IMG/VR virus record: IMGVR_UViG_2711768166_000002
Direction: 5' to 3' (one strand)
DNA: 32,271 bases
From: a virus
Lineage: Duplodnaviria; Heunggongvirae; Uroviricota; Caudoviricetes
The notes below the pieces were generated by a model. The model was not told the DNA's origin. It saw nothing but the letters and a program-made list of their open reading frames with translations, and made no database searches. Position 1 is the first letter of the stretch; every line of letters starts with the position of its first letter. The translations under genes and the position numbers were made by a program. Positions 10,536 to 20,252 of the stretch are shown here, piece by piece.

Positions 10536-11420
10536 TTATTCGATTTTTGCGCCGGGGCATAATTTGTTGAATTCGTCTTGTTTCGCATCAGCACCGCCAC
10601 CACGTACTTCCGGCTCTGGCTTGATGGCTTTCTTTGGTTTTGGAGCAAGGCTTACCTGTTTGCTAATCTGCCCCAAGAGGAATGCTGCGCGAATTGGATC
10701 TGTCTCAGCGGCTACACGCTGGCGTAATTGCTGGCTCTTACCTAAGCCATAGGCGAGTAGTTCAGAGCCTTCGTCTGCACAGTGAATGATGATTTCCTGC
10801 TGAATTGGTGGTAGCTCACTAAGAACAATGGCCTCCATTTCCTGATAATCTTTCACAGGAAGTTTGGCTGCCCGTTGTTTATGCGCTTCTACCCTTTGCT
10901 GGAAACGCTGTTGGTATTCCTGTTGCTGACGTAGTTTTTGTTGCTGCTGCTGTTCGACACGGCCTTTTTTCTCATGCCAATCAGTCAATGCCTGTTCAAA
11001 CGCCTGTTCGTCATAATCACACGACTCAAGAGTCGGTTTTGGTGGAATAGCGTCTGGTTGTGGTTGCTGATGTTCCGCAGGCTTGGCTAATGCTTCCTCA
11101 AGCTGGCGGCGCAACTCACGGTTTTCTTTCTGTGTTTCTTTGAAGCCTTTGCGAAGATCTTTCACCCATTGCGGTGCAGGTTGCCCGTCAATGTGATCAT
11201 CATCGTCAGCGTTAAGCTGAATTTCTTCATCACCAATACGCAAGGCGTAATCTTCTGGTGTCTCTTCGGTTTTTTCAGGATCAGTTGCCATCTCTTTTCC
11301 GTTGTCATCCTGGCTTTCATTCTCAGGCTGTGACTCTGTTTGGATGATGGTTTCTTCTGCATTTTCCTGTGTTTCAGACAGGTCAATAACCTGACCGTCG
11401 ATGATCAGTTCGTTTTCCAT
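10536..11420 (-). CDS. Putative scaffolding protein
   Basis: 294 aa, acidic, Gln-rich, helical-looking. Lies between portal and coat as scaffold genes do. Confidence 0.6.
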   Translation of the reverse strand: MENELIIDGQVIDLSETQENAEETIIQTESQPENESQDDNGKEMATDPEKTEETPEDYALRIGDEEIQLNADDDDHIDGQPAPQWVKDLRKGFKETQKENRELRRQLEEALAKPAEHQQPQPDAIPPKPTLESCDYDEQAFEQALTDWHEKKGRVEQQQQQKLRQQQEYQQRFQQRVEAHKQRAAKLPVKDYQEMEAIVLSELPPIQQEIIIHCADEGSELLAYGLGKSQQLRQRVAAETDPIRAAFLLGQISKQVSLAPKPKKAIKPEPEVRGGGADAKQDEFNKLCPGAKIE

Positions 11421-11433
11421 TGATTACTCCTGG

Positions 11434-13569
11434 TTAACTCGGCATTAAGTCTGCCGGTGACTGTGGTGGTGACTGGAATTGCTGTTGTTGTGACTCGGCG
11501 ACATCTTTCAGAAGGCGTATTGCCTCCATCACTGCTTTGTCATCGATGTTTCTGGCTTGAGCCAGTTTATAGACAGTGTTTGCCTGACTCTCCATCGCAT
11601 CCTGCTGGGCAGTAAATGCTTTGATTTGAGTTTGAGCAGTTTCGTTAGTTGCTTTTTGCGCTTCTGCCTGCGCTGCTACCATTTGCGCCTGAGCGAGAAC
11701 CATTTCAGGATTTGGCTGGCTTTGTGCTGCCATTTGCGCCTGTTGAACAATCTGCTGCTCTTTCTCATTGCGTGGTTTTGCAATGCCAGATATCAGCAGT
11801 TGGTTTCGGTTGTACTCTTTGAAGTCATCAAGGCCTTCGCCATCGATATTGTCCAGAATAATACCCTGAATTGCCGGGCGCATTGGGTCTGTTGGAAGCA
11901 TAGAGCTAAGGACATTTGTCAGTACAGAAACCGTTGCATCACGTCGTGCTGTGTAGCTTGGTCCAACATCAACCGTCACATCGTATCGACCGACAGAAAG
12001 GTCATTTAACGCAACAACTGCCCCTGTTTGCCTGTCAACAACCTGTGCGCTCAGGACAGCGATATCATCACTTCCATCTTCGTTAACGATGCGCACTTCA
12101 CGCTCTGAACCGTACACTTCACGAGCCATTGACAGCCATACTTCACCAGCGCGTTTAAGACTTTTCGCCATATTGTCCAGATAGATAAACGAAGCCATAT
12201 CTGCTCTGTTCATCAAGTTGTTAACCGTTTCCTGAGCAATATTACTTGGCATCTGCTGCATGGCCTGACTGCCGCCTGTAACCTCCTGAATATCTGCACT
12301 GGTTTGCTGTAGTAATGCAGCCAATGCCTGATTCATAACCGCAGGCTGTGTATATCCTGCCGGGGTAGCTCCAGCGATAATATTGCCAGATTTATCTCTC
12401 ACTTCGCGCAACGGCAAGAACGCTGGGCGTTTCTTGTTGCGAGCCTCCCAGTGCTTCTCAAGTCCACGAATTTGCTCCATGCCAACTATAGGGATCTGAC
12501 CGGGGTCTTGCGCTGCAGTATCAGCCAGCATTGATACCTGAAGGTTATACAAACGCTGTGGATCCATTGCTTTTGCAATATGTCCTTCGACACGCTCAAT
12601 GTCATCAATGAACCAGCGTTTTCCATAAACCGGGATGAGGGGGATATGCTCACCAGGAATACGTCGAGGTTTCTCAAGGAAACCATCACCATCCACTACG
12701 GATACATACACACGACGGCGCTTCACTGAGCGCCTTGCCACTTCCTGAAATCCAGCTATTGCCAGTTCATCTTCAATATCTTCAACCTGATCACTGTCGT
12801 ATGTTGCAATCTCTCCAGTGATTGGATGTCGATAACTGATGACGTCAACAGACTCTTTACGAACTTCGTAATACTTCGCTATGTAAATAACATCTGCATC
12901 AAACCAGTCATATTCCCAACTGGTCATAGACGTTACATCCAGAGAAGCAGGAGGTTTCTTTCCGTATTCAGCCTCATATTTTTCAGGTGACAACGAATAC
13001 ATACAGAACGCCCACAACGCGTCAGATTTGTCGTACTTCTTAGCGTCAGGGTCAAACCACACAGAGCGCGACGGGTCGTATATTGGTTCAATAGCAATAC
13101 GCTGACGATCGTCCATGGGGTCGTATTCATTGACCAGCATCGACGTCAAACGGAAGCAACCGAAACCACCAGTAGCAGCGTCGTCAAATGCATTATCGCA
13201 AGCCTCACCGCCATCAGTTTCTTCGTAGTCAGCACGGAACAGACCATTTAATTTATTGGCTAACTCTTCGCTTGCCTCTCTGTCACCAGGACGAAACTTA
13301 ACGGTGATTCTGTTATTGCGGTATTCTGCAATGATGCGGTTAAGTTCAGTTGCAACCTTATTGATTTCAAACTTAGGATACTTCTCGAACTGCTCATCAA
13401 GCTTAGTTCCAGCCGCCGTTGCTCCTTCCCATTGACCTCCGGGGACACGAGCAAACCTCGTAGCTTCAATGCACTTTTCGCGCACTTCCTGCTGTGGAGA
13501 ATAGGCGCGGTCAAACCTGAGCATGATCCGCTCATGTTTTTTCTCTAATGTCTCTGCCATGTTTACCAA
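11434..13569 (-). CDS. Portal protein
   Basis: 711 aa. Position after TerL; motif PGEHIPLIPVYG resembles the P22 portal AGEHIPIVPVFG. Confidence 0.9.
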   Translation of the reverse strand: MVNMAETLEKKHERIMLRFDRAYSPQQEVREKCIEATRFARVPGGQWEGATAAGTKLDEQFEKYPKFEINKVATELNRIIAEYRNNRITVKFRPGDREASEELANKLNGLFRADYEETDGGEACDNAFDDAATGGFGCFRLTSMLVNEYDPMDDRQRIAIEPIYDPSRSVWFDPDAKKYDKSDALWAFCMYSLSPEKYEAEYGKKPPASLDVTSMTSWEYDWFDADVIYIAKYYEVRKESVDVISYRHPITGEIATYDSDQVEDIEDELAIAGFQEVARRSVKRRRVYVSVVDGDGFLEKPRRIPGEHIPLIPVYGKRWFIDDIERVEGHIAKAMDPQRLYNLQVSMLADTAAQDPGQIPIVGMEQIRGLEKHWEARNKKRPAFLPLREVRDKSGNIIAGATPAGYTQPAVMNQALAALLQQTSADIQEVTGGSQAMQQMPSNIAQETVNNLMNRADMASFIYLDNMAKSLKRAGEVWLSMAREVYGSEREVRIVNEDGSDDIAVLSAQVVDRQTGAVVALNDLSVGRYDVTVDVGPSYTARRDATVSVLTNVLSSMLPTDPMRPAIQGIILDNIDGEGLDDFKEYNRNQLLISGIAKPRNEKEQQIVQQAQMAAQSQPNPEMVLAQAQMVAAQAEAQKATNETAQTQIKAFTAQQDAMESQANTVYKLAQARNIDDKAVMEAIRLLKDVAESQQQQFQSPPQSPADLMPS

Positions 13570-14975
13570 CCGGAGGATGAGGGAACGTATATTTCAGTTT
13601 CTTCGCGGACCAATGCCGGGCAATGCATACACATCATCAGCGCATCAGCCAGGTTAGGAGATGGAATACCGAGCTTCTGCTTCATTTCGACCTTAGTCAT
13701 AAGCTCCAGCTTCCCGTTGTTATTGAATTTGCGCTGAATCTGCGTCAGTTCTGCAAACAGCTTCTCCAGCATCTTCTCGCCTATCGCTTCTTTGTCGAAA
13801 CTCAGCATGTCGTCGGGGTCTGCATACTCACCGTGAACAACCGCCCGATATGTCAGATACAGCCTGTCAGCCAGCGCGTAATAGAATTGCGCTCGCTTAT
13901 TGCGGAATACATCGCCAATAGTGCGAACGTTGTCGCCCTGCACGACTTCATCAGCCCATGCCCCGGCCTGATACGGTGCATCTTCATCGAATGGCGATTC
14001 GCTGCCCTTGAACATCGTGGCGGTGATTTTCTTACCGGAGAACGCTTCCGTTGTCTGTCTGCGTAGCCCGGCACCAACACCATCACCATCCCACAGGTAA
14101 TGGTCAGCGCCGTCTTCAATCGCCAGCGAAGTAGCCCAGTCAGCACCCTCGTTGATGTCCATCAGCAGGCCTTCGGCAATGCGCTTAACTACCGAACCGT
14201 GACGCGATGCGTAACCTTTAGCATCTGGCCCTGTATCTGACGGGTCATGCGCAGAGACAACCGCGCCTTTCGCTTTCCATCCGAGTTTCTTGTGCGCATC
14301 TGTTGCAGCTTCAAGCCATTCACGTTTGATGATTGCCATATCACTTGCGCTTACTGGCTCACCAAGCCAGATGTGACGATACAGTGTCGGGTTTCTGCGT
14401 TTACACTCTTCCATCTCCAGACGGAGAACTTCAGGAAAGTGCGGGTTGTCGGTGTAGTTCACCGTCAGCAGACAAATATCATCGGGAGGGTTTACTACGA
14501 ATCGCTGATAGGTATCGTCGAGGATGTTTTTCGGGTTGAAGCTCACCCATATTTCGGAAAATGGCTTGCGGATGGTTGGTATCAGGATATCCCATGATTC
14601 CTTCGTTACCGCTTCCGCTTCTTCCACCCAGCAGATATCAATGCCTTCGAGCGATTTAATCTTCGTCGGGTTGTTTTTGATGCCGTAGAACATGAATTCA
14701 GCATTCGTTCCAAGATGACGAATCATGGAACGCTGAATTTCAAACTCAGCCGAATACCCTTCCCGCTCAATGGTATCTTCAAGCAACCGGATTACCGAAT
14801 CGCTGATACTGTTTTGCAGTTCACGAGCGCAGAGTATGCGCACAGGCTGCCGACGCGCCGCTTCAACAAGCAGCCTCGCAATTGCCCATGATTTACCGCT
14901 ACCTCGACCGCCTTTGGCAACTTTGTAGCGATGCGCCTCAATGAACGGTTCAAAGATAGGATTAATCGAGGTCAT
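13563..14975 (-). CDS. Terminase large subunit, Sf6 gp2-like
   Basis: 470 aa. N-terminus MTSINPIFEPFIEAHRYKVAKGGRGSGKSWAIARLL with Walker A motif KGGRGSGKS. Confidence 0.95.
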   Translation of the reverse strand: MTSINPIFEPFIEAHRYKVAKGGRGSGKSWAIARLLVEAARRQPVRILCARELQNSISDSVIRLLEDTIEREGYSAEFEIQRSMIRHLGTNAEFMFYGIKNNPTKIKSLEGIDICWVEEAEAVTKESWDILIPTIRKPFSEIWVSFNPKNILDDTYQRFVVNPPDDICLLTVNYTDNPHFPEVLRLEMEECKRRNPTLYRHIWLGEPVSASDMAIIKREWLEAATDAHKKLGWKAKGAVVSAHDPSDTGPDAKGYASRHGSVVKRIAEGLLMDINEGADWATSLAIEDGADHYLWDGDGVGAGLRRQTTEAFSGKKITATMFKGSESPFDEDAPYQAGAWADEVVQGDNVRTIGDVFRNKRAQFYYALADRLYLTYRAVVHGEYADPDDMLSFDKEAIGEKMLEKLFAELTQIQRKFNNNGKLELMTKVEMKQKLGIPSPNLADALMMCMHCPALVREETEIYVPSSSGW

Positions 14976-15412
14976 TTTCCGAATAGAGTGCTCATCGGTG
15001 ATGTTTCAATCTGAATTGCGCCGCCGTCTTTGCCTGTTAGCTCGTGATCAACCTTGTCGCGCCATTTATCCTTCTGTCGGTTCTTAAGCCAGAAAATGGC
15101 AGCGGTTGTATCAGGCGGGTAATACTTCTCAAGCGGAGTTTCGACAATTCTGTTTTCAATAACACGAATATCGATATCTGGAGCCACGAAGCCCATAGCG
15201 CGTTGATAAAGACGATCACTAACTTCTGCATCAGCGACGGCCTTACCCTTTTTTATGGACTCCGAAAACTCAGGATAATCAAGCTTCCACTTGTTAATAG
15301 TTGACTCACTGACTTCGAAGAAATCAGCAAGCTCTGCATCGGTGTAGCCCAGCAAGCACAGTTTGCGTGCCTGTTCGGCATACGCCTCTTGATACTTTGT
15401 TGGGCGCGCCAT
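14972..15412 (-). CDS. Terminase small subunit; Sf6-like C-terminal domain with a different N-terminal DNA-recognition region
   Basis: 146 aa. C-terminus ELTGKDGGAIQIETSPMSTLFGK matches the Sf6 gp1 C-terminus as recalled; the N-terminal about 60 aa differ. Confidence 0.85.
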   Translation of the reverse strand: MARPTKYQEAYAEQARKLCLLGYTDAELADFFEVSESTINKWKLDYPEFSESIKKGKAVADAEVSDRLYQRAMGFVAPDIDIRVIENRIVETPLEKYYPPDTTAAIFWLKNRQKDKWRDKVDHELTGKDGGAIQIETSPMSTLFGK

Positions 15413-15414
15413 GT

Positions 15415-15657
15415 TTATGCTCCGGTAGTGAACAGGTCTAACGCTTCCTTCGATTTACGCACCGCTTCAAATGTGCGGATCGTGATATCCGAATTAGCGC
15501 CGCCTGACTGGAAGTGAATTTTGAATAGTTCAAGCTTCAGCTCGTCAGTTCCAATGAATTGAAATGCTTCTTCTGCGGCTGCGTTCTGGTTCATGACCAG
15601 TTTGTAAATCTCTAACTGGAATTTCTGTTCTTCAGTCATGGGAATAATCTCTGCCAT
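15415..15657 (-). CDS. Hypothetical 80-aa protein immediately upstream of the small terminase gene (cf. P22 orf80 position)
   Basis: ORF track; GGAG RBS; tight packing against the terminase gene. Confidence 0.55.
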   Translation of the reverse strand: MAEIIPMTEEQKFQLEIYKLVMNQNAAAEEAFQFIGTDELKLELFKIHFQSGGANSDITIRTFEAVRKSKEALDLFTTGA

Positions 15658-15904
15658 TGTTGGCTCCGTTTATCCGTTAAAAGGGATATCAGTTAAGTTA
15701 TCCCGTGTAGGGTATAAGCCATTGTCGAGACCACTCATTGAATGGTCTCTGCAATAACCGATGTCTTTCCATCAGTCCGCCACCACAAAGAATCTTTTTT
15801 GCCATAAGGCAGGAGGTTCATCTTTCAGTGGCTGCCAGTGTTATTTCCCCACTTACTGGCTTGGGTTGTTTCGCTGTACTGCCGTTAATTGGTGAGTCCG
15901 GGGA

Positions 15905-16390
15905 TTATTTCAGTTCGTTACCAGGCATTTCTTTTAGCTCTTTCAAATGACAACGATTGAGACTAAACCACTCCCCGTGCGACCTATAGTTGTAATATTT
16001 TTGGTGCAATTTGGTTTCAAGCTCTCTATCGGCCGGAATCTTTGCAATTAGATTTAGCTTCCCACCACTCATGCGAGATATCTCTGAAATTCGTTTATTA
16101 ACCCTGCGACTAAACCCTATTTTTGTTAGCCCACTATCTTCAGCATGCAGAACGTACACATATGATTTTTGCGAAGCACTAGGTGCGACTTTGTTGTAAT
16201 TAATCATGTCAAACATGAAGCCTTGCTTTAGCAAAGTTTCAAAAAAGATAGAATTAACACACCCATTCCTTCTCAGCTCTGCACTTAGCTTGTCAATTTC
16301 CTCTATGATGTCGCCAGACCCCTTTCCACTTATAAGAAAATCTTGGTACATGCGACCAATTCTTGAGGTAATTTCAACAAAGTTATTCAT
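15905..16390 (-). CDS. T5orf172 (GIY-YIG-like, MUG113) domain protein, 161 aa; accessory gene between lysis and packaging modules
   Basis: C-terminal half YVYVLHAEDSGLTKIGFSRRVNKRISEISRMSGGKLNLIAKIPADRELETKLHQKYYNYRSHGEWFSL fits the T5orf172 pattern (YVYVL..G..KIG.....KR.......ELE..LH.KY..R..GEWF). Visibly AT-rich codon usage compared with the flanking phage genes. Confidence 0.7.
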   Translation of the reverse strand: MNNFVEITSRIGRMYQDFLISGKGSGDIIEEIDKLSAELRRNGCVNSIFFETLLKQGFMFDMINYNKVAPSASQKSYVYVLHAEDSGLTKIGFSRRVNKRISEISRMSGGKLNLIAKIPADRELETKLHQKYYNYRSHGEWFSLNRCHLKELKEMPGNELK

Positions 16391-16534
16391 AGCGTTTACC
16401 TTTTAGAAAGATGAGCCTGTTCGCACAGAAAAGCCGTCCCCGAGATGGTCGCCACCATATACGGCAATTCTCAGGCTCAGCTTTCTGAAAGACTCGGGAT
16501 TGTTACGCGCTGCGATGCGCGGTTTACTGCAGAT

Positions 16535-16560
16535 GTAAAAAAGCCCCGCAAATGCGAGGC
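16535..16560 (-). terminator. Putative intrinsic terminator downstream of Rz
   Basis: Minus-strand hairpin GCCUCGCA/UGCGGGGC followed by UUUUUU (plus-strand aaaaaagccccgcaaatgcgaggc). Confidence 0.5.
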
Positions 16561-16734
16561 TAAATCCTGGTATTTGTAATGACTGGCTCTTATCTCAACG
16601 CAGCCCCTTACCGCGCGCCAGATGCTCAATATCAAGCATCAGCAATGAGATGTTTAATCTGGATTCACTCCAGAAGTGATCATCACCCTGTCTACAGAGC
16701 CAGATGTGAAGGATGATGAGTAAAATTATCGCTA

Positions 16735-17193
16735 TCATCGAAGGCATTGCGTCCTGATGTATTCCTGCAGGTAGTTAACCTGCGCGGTTATCTTGTCGAT
16801 TCCACTTCGGAGACGGTAATAATTGAGTTCAGCATCTGCTGTAAGTCTTGGGCTTTCTCCATCGCCCATGCCGCTGGCTCCGGTCTTTGACTTTGCACAG
16901 GAGGCGGCGACTTGCAGCCGCTTACGCCCAGCAGAAACATCATCACGGAGACTTTCGATAGTCGCGTTAGCATCAGCAAGCTCCTTTGTATATCTGGCAT
17001 CGAGTTCTGCTACATCACGCTGACGCTGCTGCATGTCAGCGATGGTGGCAGTCGCCTGCTTCAGCTCACTGACTTTTTTATCACGCTGTTCTTTGTAGGC
17101 GATGGCGTTATCACGGTAATGATTAACCGCCCATGACAGGCAGACGATGATGCAGATAACCAGAGCGGAGATAATCGCGGTTACTCTGCTCAT
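16735..17193 (-). CDS. Rz: Rz i-spanin
   Basis: 152 aa. N-terminal half [31 protein letters not shown]... is almost identical to lambda Rz as recalled; the C-terminal half diverges. Confidence 0.9.
   Translation of the reverse strand: MSRVTAIISALVICIIVCLSWAVNHYRDNAIAYKEQRDKKVSELKQATATIADMQQRQRDVAELDARYTKELADANATIESLRDDVSAGRKRLQVAASCAKSKTGASGMGDGESPRLTADAELNYYRLRSGIDKITAQVNYLQEYIRTQCLR
16788..16973 (-). CDS. Rz1: Rz1 o-spanin lipoprotein embedded in the +1 frame of Rz
   Basis: Embedded ORF with [20 protein letters not shown] lipobox followed by a Pro-rich segment. Start chosen at the internal Met by analogy with lambda Rz1; the ORF track extends to 17000. Confidence 0.7.
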   Translation of the reverse strand: MLTRLSKVSVMMFLLGVSGCKSPPPVQSQRPEPAAWAMEKAQDLQQMLNSIITVSEVESTR

Positions 17194-17666
17194 ACCTCAA
17201 TCTCTCTGACCGTTCCTCCTGCTTCTTTGAATTTTGCAATCAGGCTGTCAGCCTTATGCTCGAACTGACCATAACCAGCCCCCGGAAGTGAAGCCCAGAT
17301 ATTACTGCAACGGTCGATTGCCTGACGGATATCACCGCGATCAATCATCGGCAAAGCGCCACGCTCCTTAATCTGCTGCAGCGCAACAGCGTCCTGGCTT
17401 TTGGGAGAGAAGTCTTTCAGGCCAAGCTGCTTACGATAGGCATCCCACCAACGGGAAAGAAGCTGGTAACGTCCGGCTGCTGTTGATTTGAGTTTGGGGT
17501 TTAGCGTGACAAGTTTGCGAGGGTGATCTGAGTAATCAGTGAATAGCTCTCCGCCAACAATGACGTCATAACCATGATTTCTGGTTTTCTGCCGTCCGTT
17601 ATCAGTTCCCTCTGACCACGCCAGCATATCGAGGAACGCCTTACGTTGATTATTGATTTCCACCAT
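17190..17666 (-). CDS. R: Endolysin R (lytic transglycosylase)
   Basis: 158 aa, [53 protein letters not shown]..., essentially identical to lambda R as recalled. Confidence 0.95.
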   Translation of the reverse strand: MVEINNQRKAFLDMLAWSEGTDNGRQKTRNHGYDVIVGGELFTDYSDHPRKLVTLNPKLKSTAAGRYQLLSRWWDAYRKQLGLKDFSPKSQDAVALQQIKERGALPMIDRGDIRQAIDRCSNIWASLPGAGYGQFEHKADSLIAKFKEAGGTVREIEV

Positions 17667-17973
17667 CTTCTACTCCGGCTTTTTTAGCAGCGAAGCGTTT
17701 GATAAGCGAACCAATCGAGTCAGTACCGATGTAGCCGATGAACACGCTCGTTATATAAGCGAGATTGCTACTTAGTCCGGCGAAGTCGAGAAGGTCACGA
17801 ATGAACCAGGCGATAATGGCGCACATCGTTGCGTCGATTACTGTTTTTGTAAACGCACCGCCATTATATCTGCCGCGAAGGTACGCCATTGCAAACGCAA
17901 GGATTGCCCCGATGCCTTGTTCCTTTGCCGCGAGAATGGCGGCTAACAGGTCATGTTTTTCTGGCATCTTCAT
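17650..17973 (-). CDS. S: Holin/antiholin S (dual-start MKM motif)
   Basis: 107 aa, [64 protein letters not shown]..., matches lambda S107. 17-nt overlap with R as in lambda. Confidence 0.95.
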   Translation of the reverse strand: MKMPEKHDLLAAILAAKEQGIGAILAFAMAYLRGRYNGGAFTKTVIDATMCAIIAWFIRDLLDFAGLSSNLAYITSVFIGYIGTDSIGSLIKRFAAKKAGVEDGGNQ

Positions 17974-18509
17974 GTCTTACCCCCAATAAGGGGATTTGCT
18001 CTATTTAATTAGGAATAAGGTCGATTACTGATAGAACAAATCCAGGCTACTGTGTTTAGTAATCAGATTTGTTCGTGACCGATATGCACGGGCAAAACGG
18101 CATGAGGTTGTTAGCGCAACCTCATGCCACCCGCTTTCACGAAGGTCATGTGTAGAAGGCCGCAGCATAACTATCACTGATGAATTCAGGATAGCCAGTG
18201 GCTACGGCTCAGTTTGGGTTGTGGCGGTCGGTGCTGAACTCCGACTTAATGACGATAGGCGTGTACCGACGCCTCGTTTTACTTCCTCCGCTTTCACGGC
18301 TTCACCCTAGACCAGCTTTACGAAATCCTCGTAAACCTAACCGCGGCAGATATGACCGGCACGGTGTGCCATATCACGGACCGGCGGGTGTCTCGTTCAC
18401 CTGATTAACGCATCAGCCTGCGTATTCACCACAACGATAAGAGCACTGGCTAACCAGGCTCGCCGACTCTTCACGATTATCGGCTCAATGCTCTTACCTG
18501 TTGTGCAGA

Positions 18510-18703
18510 TATAAAAAATCCCGAAACCGTTATGCAGGCTCTAACTATTACCTGCGAACTGTTTCGGGATTGCATTTTGCAGACCTCTCAGCCTGCGATG
18601 GTTGGAGTTCCAGACGATACGTCGAAGTGACCAACTAGGCGGAATCGGTAGTAAGCGCCGCCTCTTTTCATCTCACTACCACAACGAGCGAATTAACCCA
18701 TCG
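18510..18703 (-). ncRNA. 6S-type pR' leader transcript ending at the tR' terminator (lambda-like)
   Basis: Reverse complement matches the lambda pR' transcript as recalled (AUGGGUUAAUUCGCUCGUUGUGGUAGUGAGAUGAAAAGAGGCGGCGCUUACUACCGAUUCCGCCUAG...), ending in hairpin CCCGAAAC...GUUUCGGG plus a U-run (plus-strand ataaaaaatcccgaaacc at 18511..18528). Ends approximate. Confidence 0.6.
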
Positions 18704-18745
18704 TTGGGTCAAATTTACCCAACTTTATTCAAAAAGTCAATATCA
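18704..18745 (-). promoter_or_regulatory. Late promoter pR' with qut site for Q antitermination
   Basis: Minus-strand -35 TTGACT (plus agtcaa 18735..18740) and -10 TAAATT (plus 18712..18717), the same arrangement as lambda pR', immediately downstream of Q. Confidence 0.7.
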
Positions 18746-18782
18746 TGCCGTTAATATGTTGCCATCCGTGGCAATCATGCTG

Positions 18783-19406
18783 CTAACGTGTGACCGCATT
18801 CAAAATGTTGTCTGCGATTGACTCTTCTTTGTGGCATTGCACCACCAGAGCGTCATACAGAGGCTTAACAGTGCGTGACCAGGTGGGTTGAGTAAGGTTT
18901 GGGATTAGCATCGTCACAGCGCGATATGCGGCGCTTGCTGGCATTCTTGAATAGCCGACACCTTTGCATCTTCCGCACTCTTTCTCAACAACTCTCCCCC
19001 ACTGCTCCGTTTTGGCAATATCAACCGCCCGACCTGTACCGTGGCAATCTCTGCATCTTGCGCCCGGCGTCGCGGCACTACGGCAATAATCCGCATAAGC
19101 GAATGTTGCGAGAACTTGCAGTACCTTTGCCTTAGTATTTCCTTCGAGCTTTGCCACACCCCGGTATTTCCCCGATACCTTGTGTGCAAATTGCATCAGA
19201 TAGTTGATGGCTTTTTGTTTGTCATTCTGGCTGAGTTCGTGCTTACCACAGAACGCAGCCATTCCAAATCCGGCTTGTGATTGCGCCATCCCCATAGCAG
19301 CCATCACATCAGTACCGGAAAGAGAGTCAGAAGCCGTAGCCCGTGGTGAGTCGCTCATCATCGGGCTTTTTGGCGAATGAAATTTAGCTACGCTTTCGAG
19401 TCTCAT
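18783..19406 (-). CDS. Q: Late-gene antiterminator Q
   Basis: 207 aa, [70 protein letters not shown]..., matches lambda Q as recalled. Confidence 0.95.
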   Translation of the reverse strand: MRLESVAKFHSPKSPMMSDSPRATASDSLSGTDVMAAMGMAQSQAGFGMAAFCGKHELSQNDKQKAINYLMQFAHKVSGKYRGVAKLEGNTKAKVLQVLATFAYADYCRSAATPGARCRDCHGTGRAVDIAKTEQWGRVVEKECGRCKGVGYSRMPASAAYRAVTMLIPNLTQPTWSRTVKPLYDALVVQCHKEESIADNILNAVTR

Positions 19407-20068
19407 GCGCCTTCTCCCTGTACCTGAATCAATGTGAGATTTCCGCAGAACACTGCGCCGGTATCGATATACATCTGGTTGGCAAATTTTAGTGGTTTCA
19501 CTGCTGGCGTATGACCAAAGATGAACGTGTCCGCGCCTTTAATTTCTTTCACGATCCCGTCTTGTGAGTTGCTGATTCGTTCGCGGTTCCAGATTACCTG
19601 CTGATGATCAACTGGCTTTCCAAACTCGTATTCGCCACAAGGATAATCGGCGTGGCAGATGACATATTTTTTACCTTTGCTCACCAGTTCAATGATTAAC
19701 GGAAGTTCATCTGCTTTATGGGCAAGAGCTTTAGCCAGAATTTCTTTGTCGTAATCGAGATTAAAGAACCAGCCACCGCCATTAAACAGCCAGTGATTGA
19801 CGTTTCCACGCTCTGATAAGCCATCAATCATCATTTGCTCATGGTTTCCACGTACAGCTCGGAACCAGGGGAATGTGATTAATTCCAGACATTCGACGTT
19901 CTCTGTACCGCGATCGACCAAATCGCCAACCGAGATAAGCAGGTCTTTTTTGGTGTCGAATCCTATCGTCTCCAGTTTTTTCATCAGGTTCGTGTAGCAT
20001 CCGTGCAGGTCGCCAACTACCCAAATATTTCGGTATTTGCTGCCATCAATTTTTTCGTAATAGCGCAT
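19403..20068 (-). CDS. ninI: Ser/Thr protein phosphatase NinI (lambda PPase)
   Basis: Start taken at [24 protein letters not shown] (metallophosphatase GDxHG motif), giving 221 aa as in lambda. The ORF track extends further upstream to 20143. Confidence 0.9.
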   Translation of the reverse strand: MRYYEKIDGSKYRNIWVVGDLHGCYTNLMKKLETIGFDTKKDLLISVGDLVDRGTENVECLELITFPWFRAVRGNHEQMMIDGLSERGNVNHWLFNGGGWFFNLDYDKEILAKALAHKADELPLIIELVSKGKKYVICHADYPCGEYEFGKPVDHQQVIWNRERISNSQDGIVKEIKGADTFIFGHTPAVKPLKFANQMYIDTGAVFCGNLTLIQVQGEGA

Positions 20069-20252
20069 CTCTTTCACTCCATCCGCGATGAACCATGAGA
20101 ACGTCGTTGACGATGGCGTGCATTTTCCCGTCTTTATCATCAACGTATTTTCTGACCGTACCGCGACTACATTTCAGTCTGCGTGCTACTTCTGTCTGGT
20201 TTCCGTATGCTTCAACGAGCATGTCTGGGATGGTTTTTACTGAGAACGTCAT
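20046..20252 (-). CDS. ninH: NinH
   Basis: 68 aa, [49 protein letters not shown]..., matches lambda NinH as recalled. Confidence 0.9.
   Translation of the reverse strand: MTFSVKTIPDMLVEAYGNQTEVARRLKCSRGTVRKYVDDKDGKMHAIVNDVLMVHRGWSERDALLRKN

Noticed and set aside
15683-15704. Hairpin (gggata/tatccc) just upstream of the 80-aa gene, a possible terminator ahead of the packaging genes
   Set aside because: Short stem, long loop and a weak U-tract. A terminator here would block terminase expression, so it is more likely incidental or an attenuator; not called.
17974-18782. Possible tRNA gene(s) in the long Q-S intergenic region, as seen in some lambdoid and Stx phages
   Set aside because: The region matches the lambda pR'/qut/6S-RNA/tR' region almost base for base as recalled, and I could not fold any cloverleaf. 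The 68-aa plus-strand ORF at 18198..18404 is treated as noncoding.
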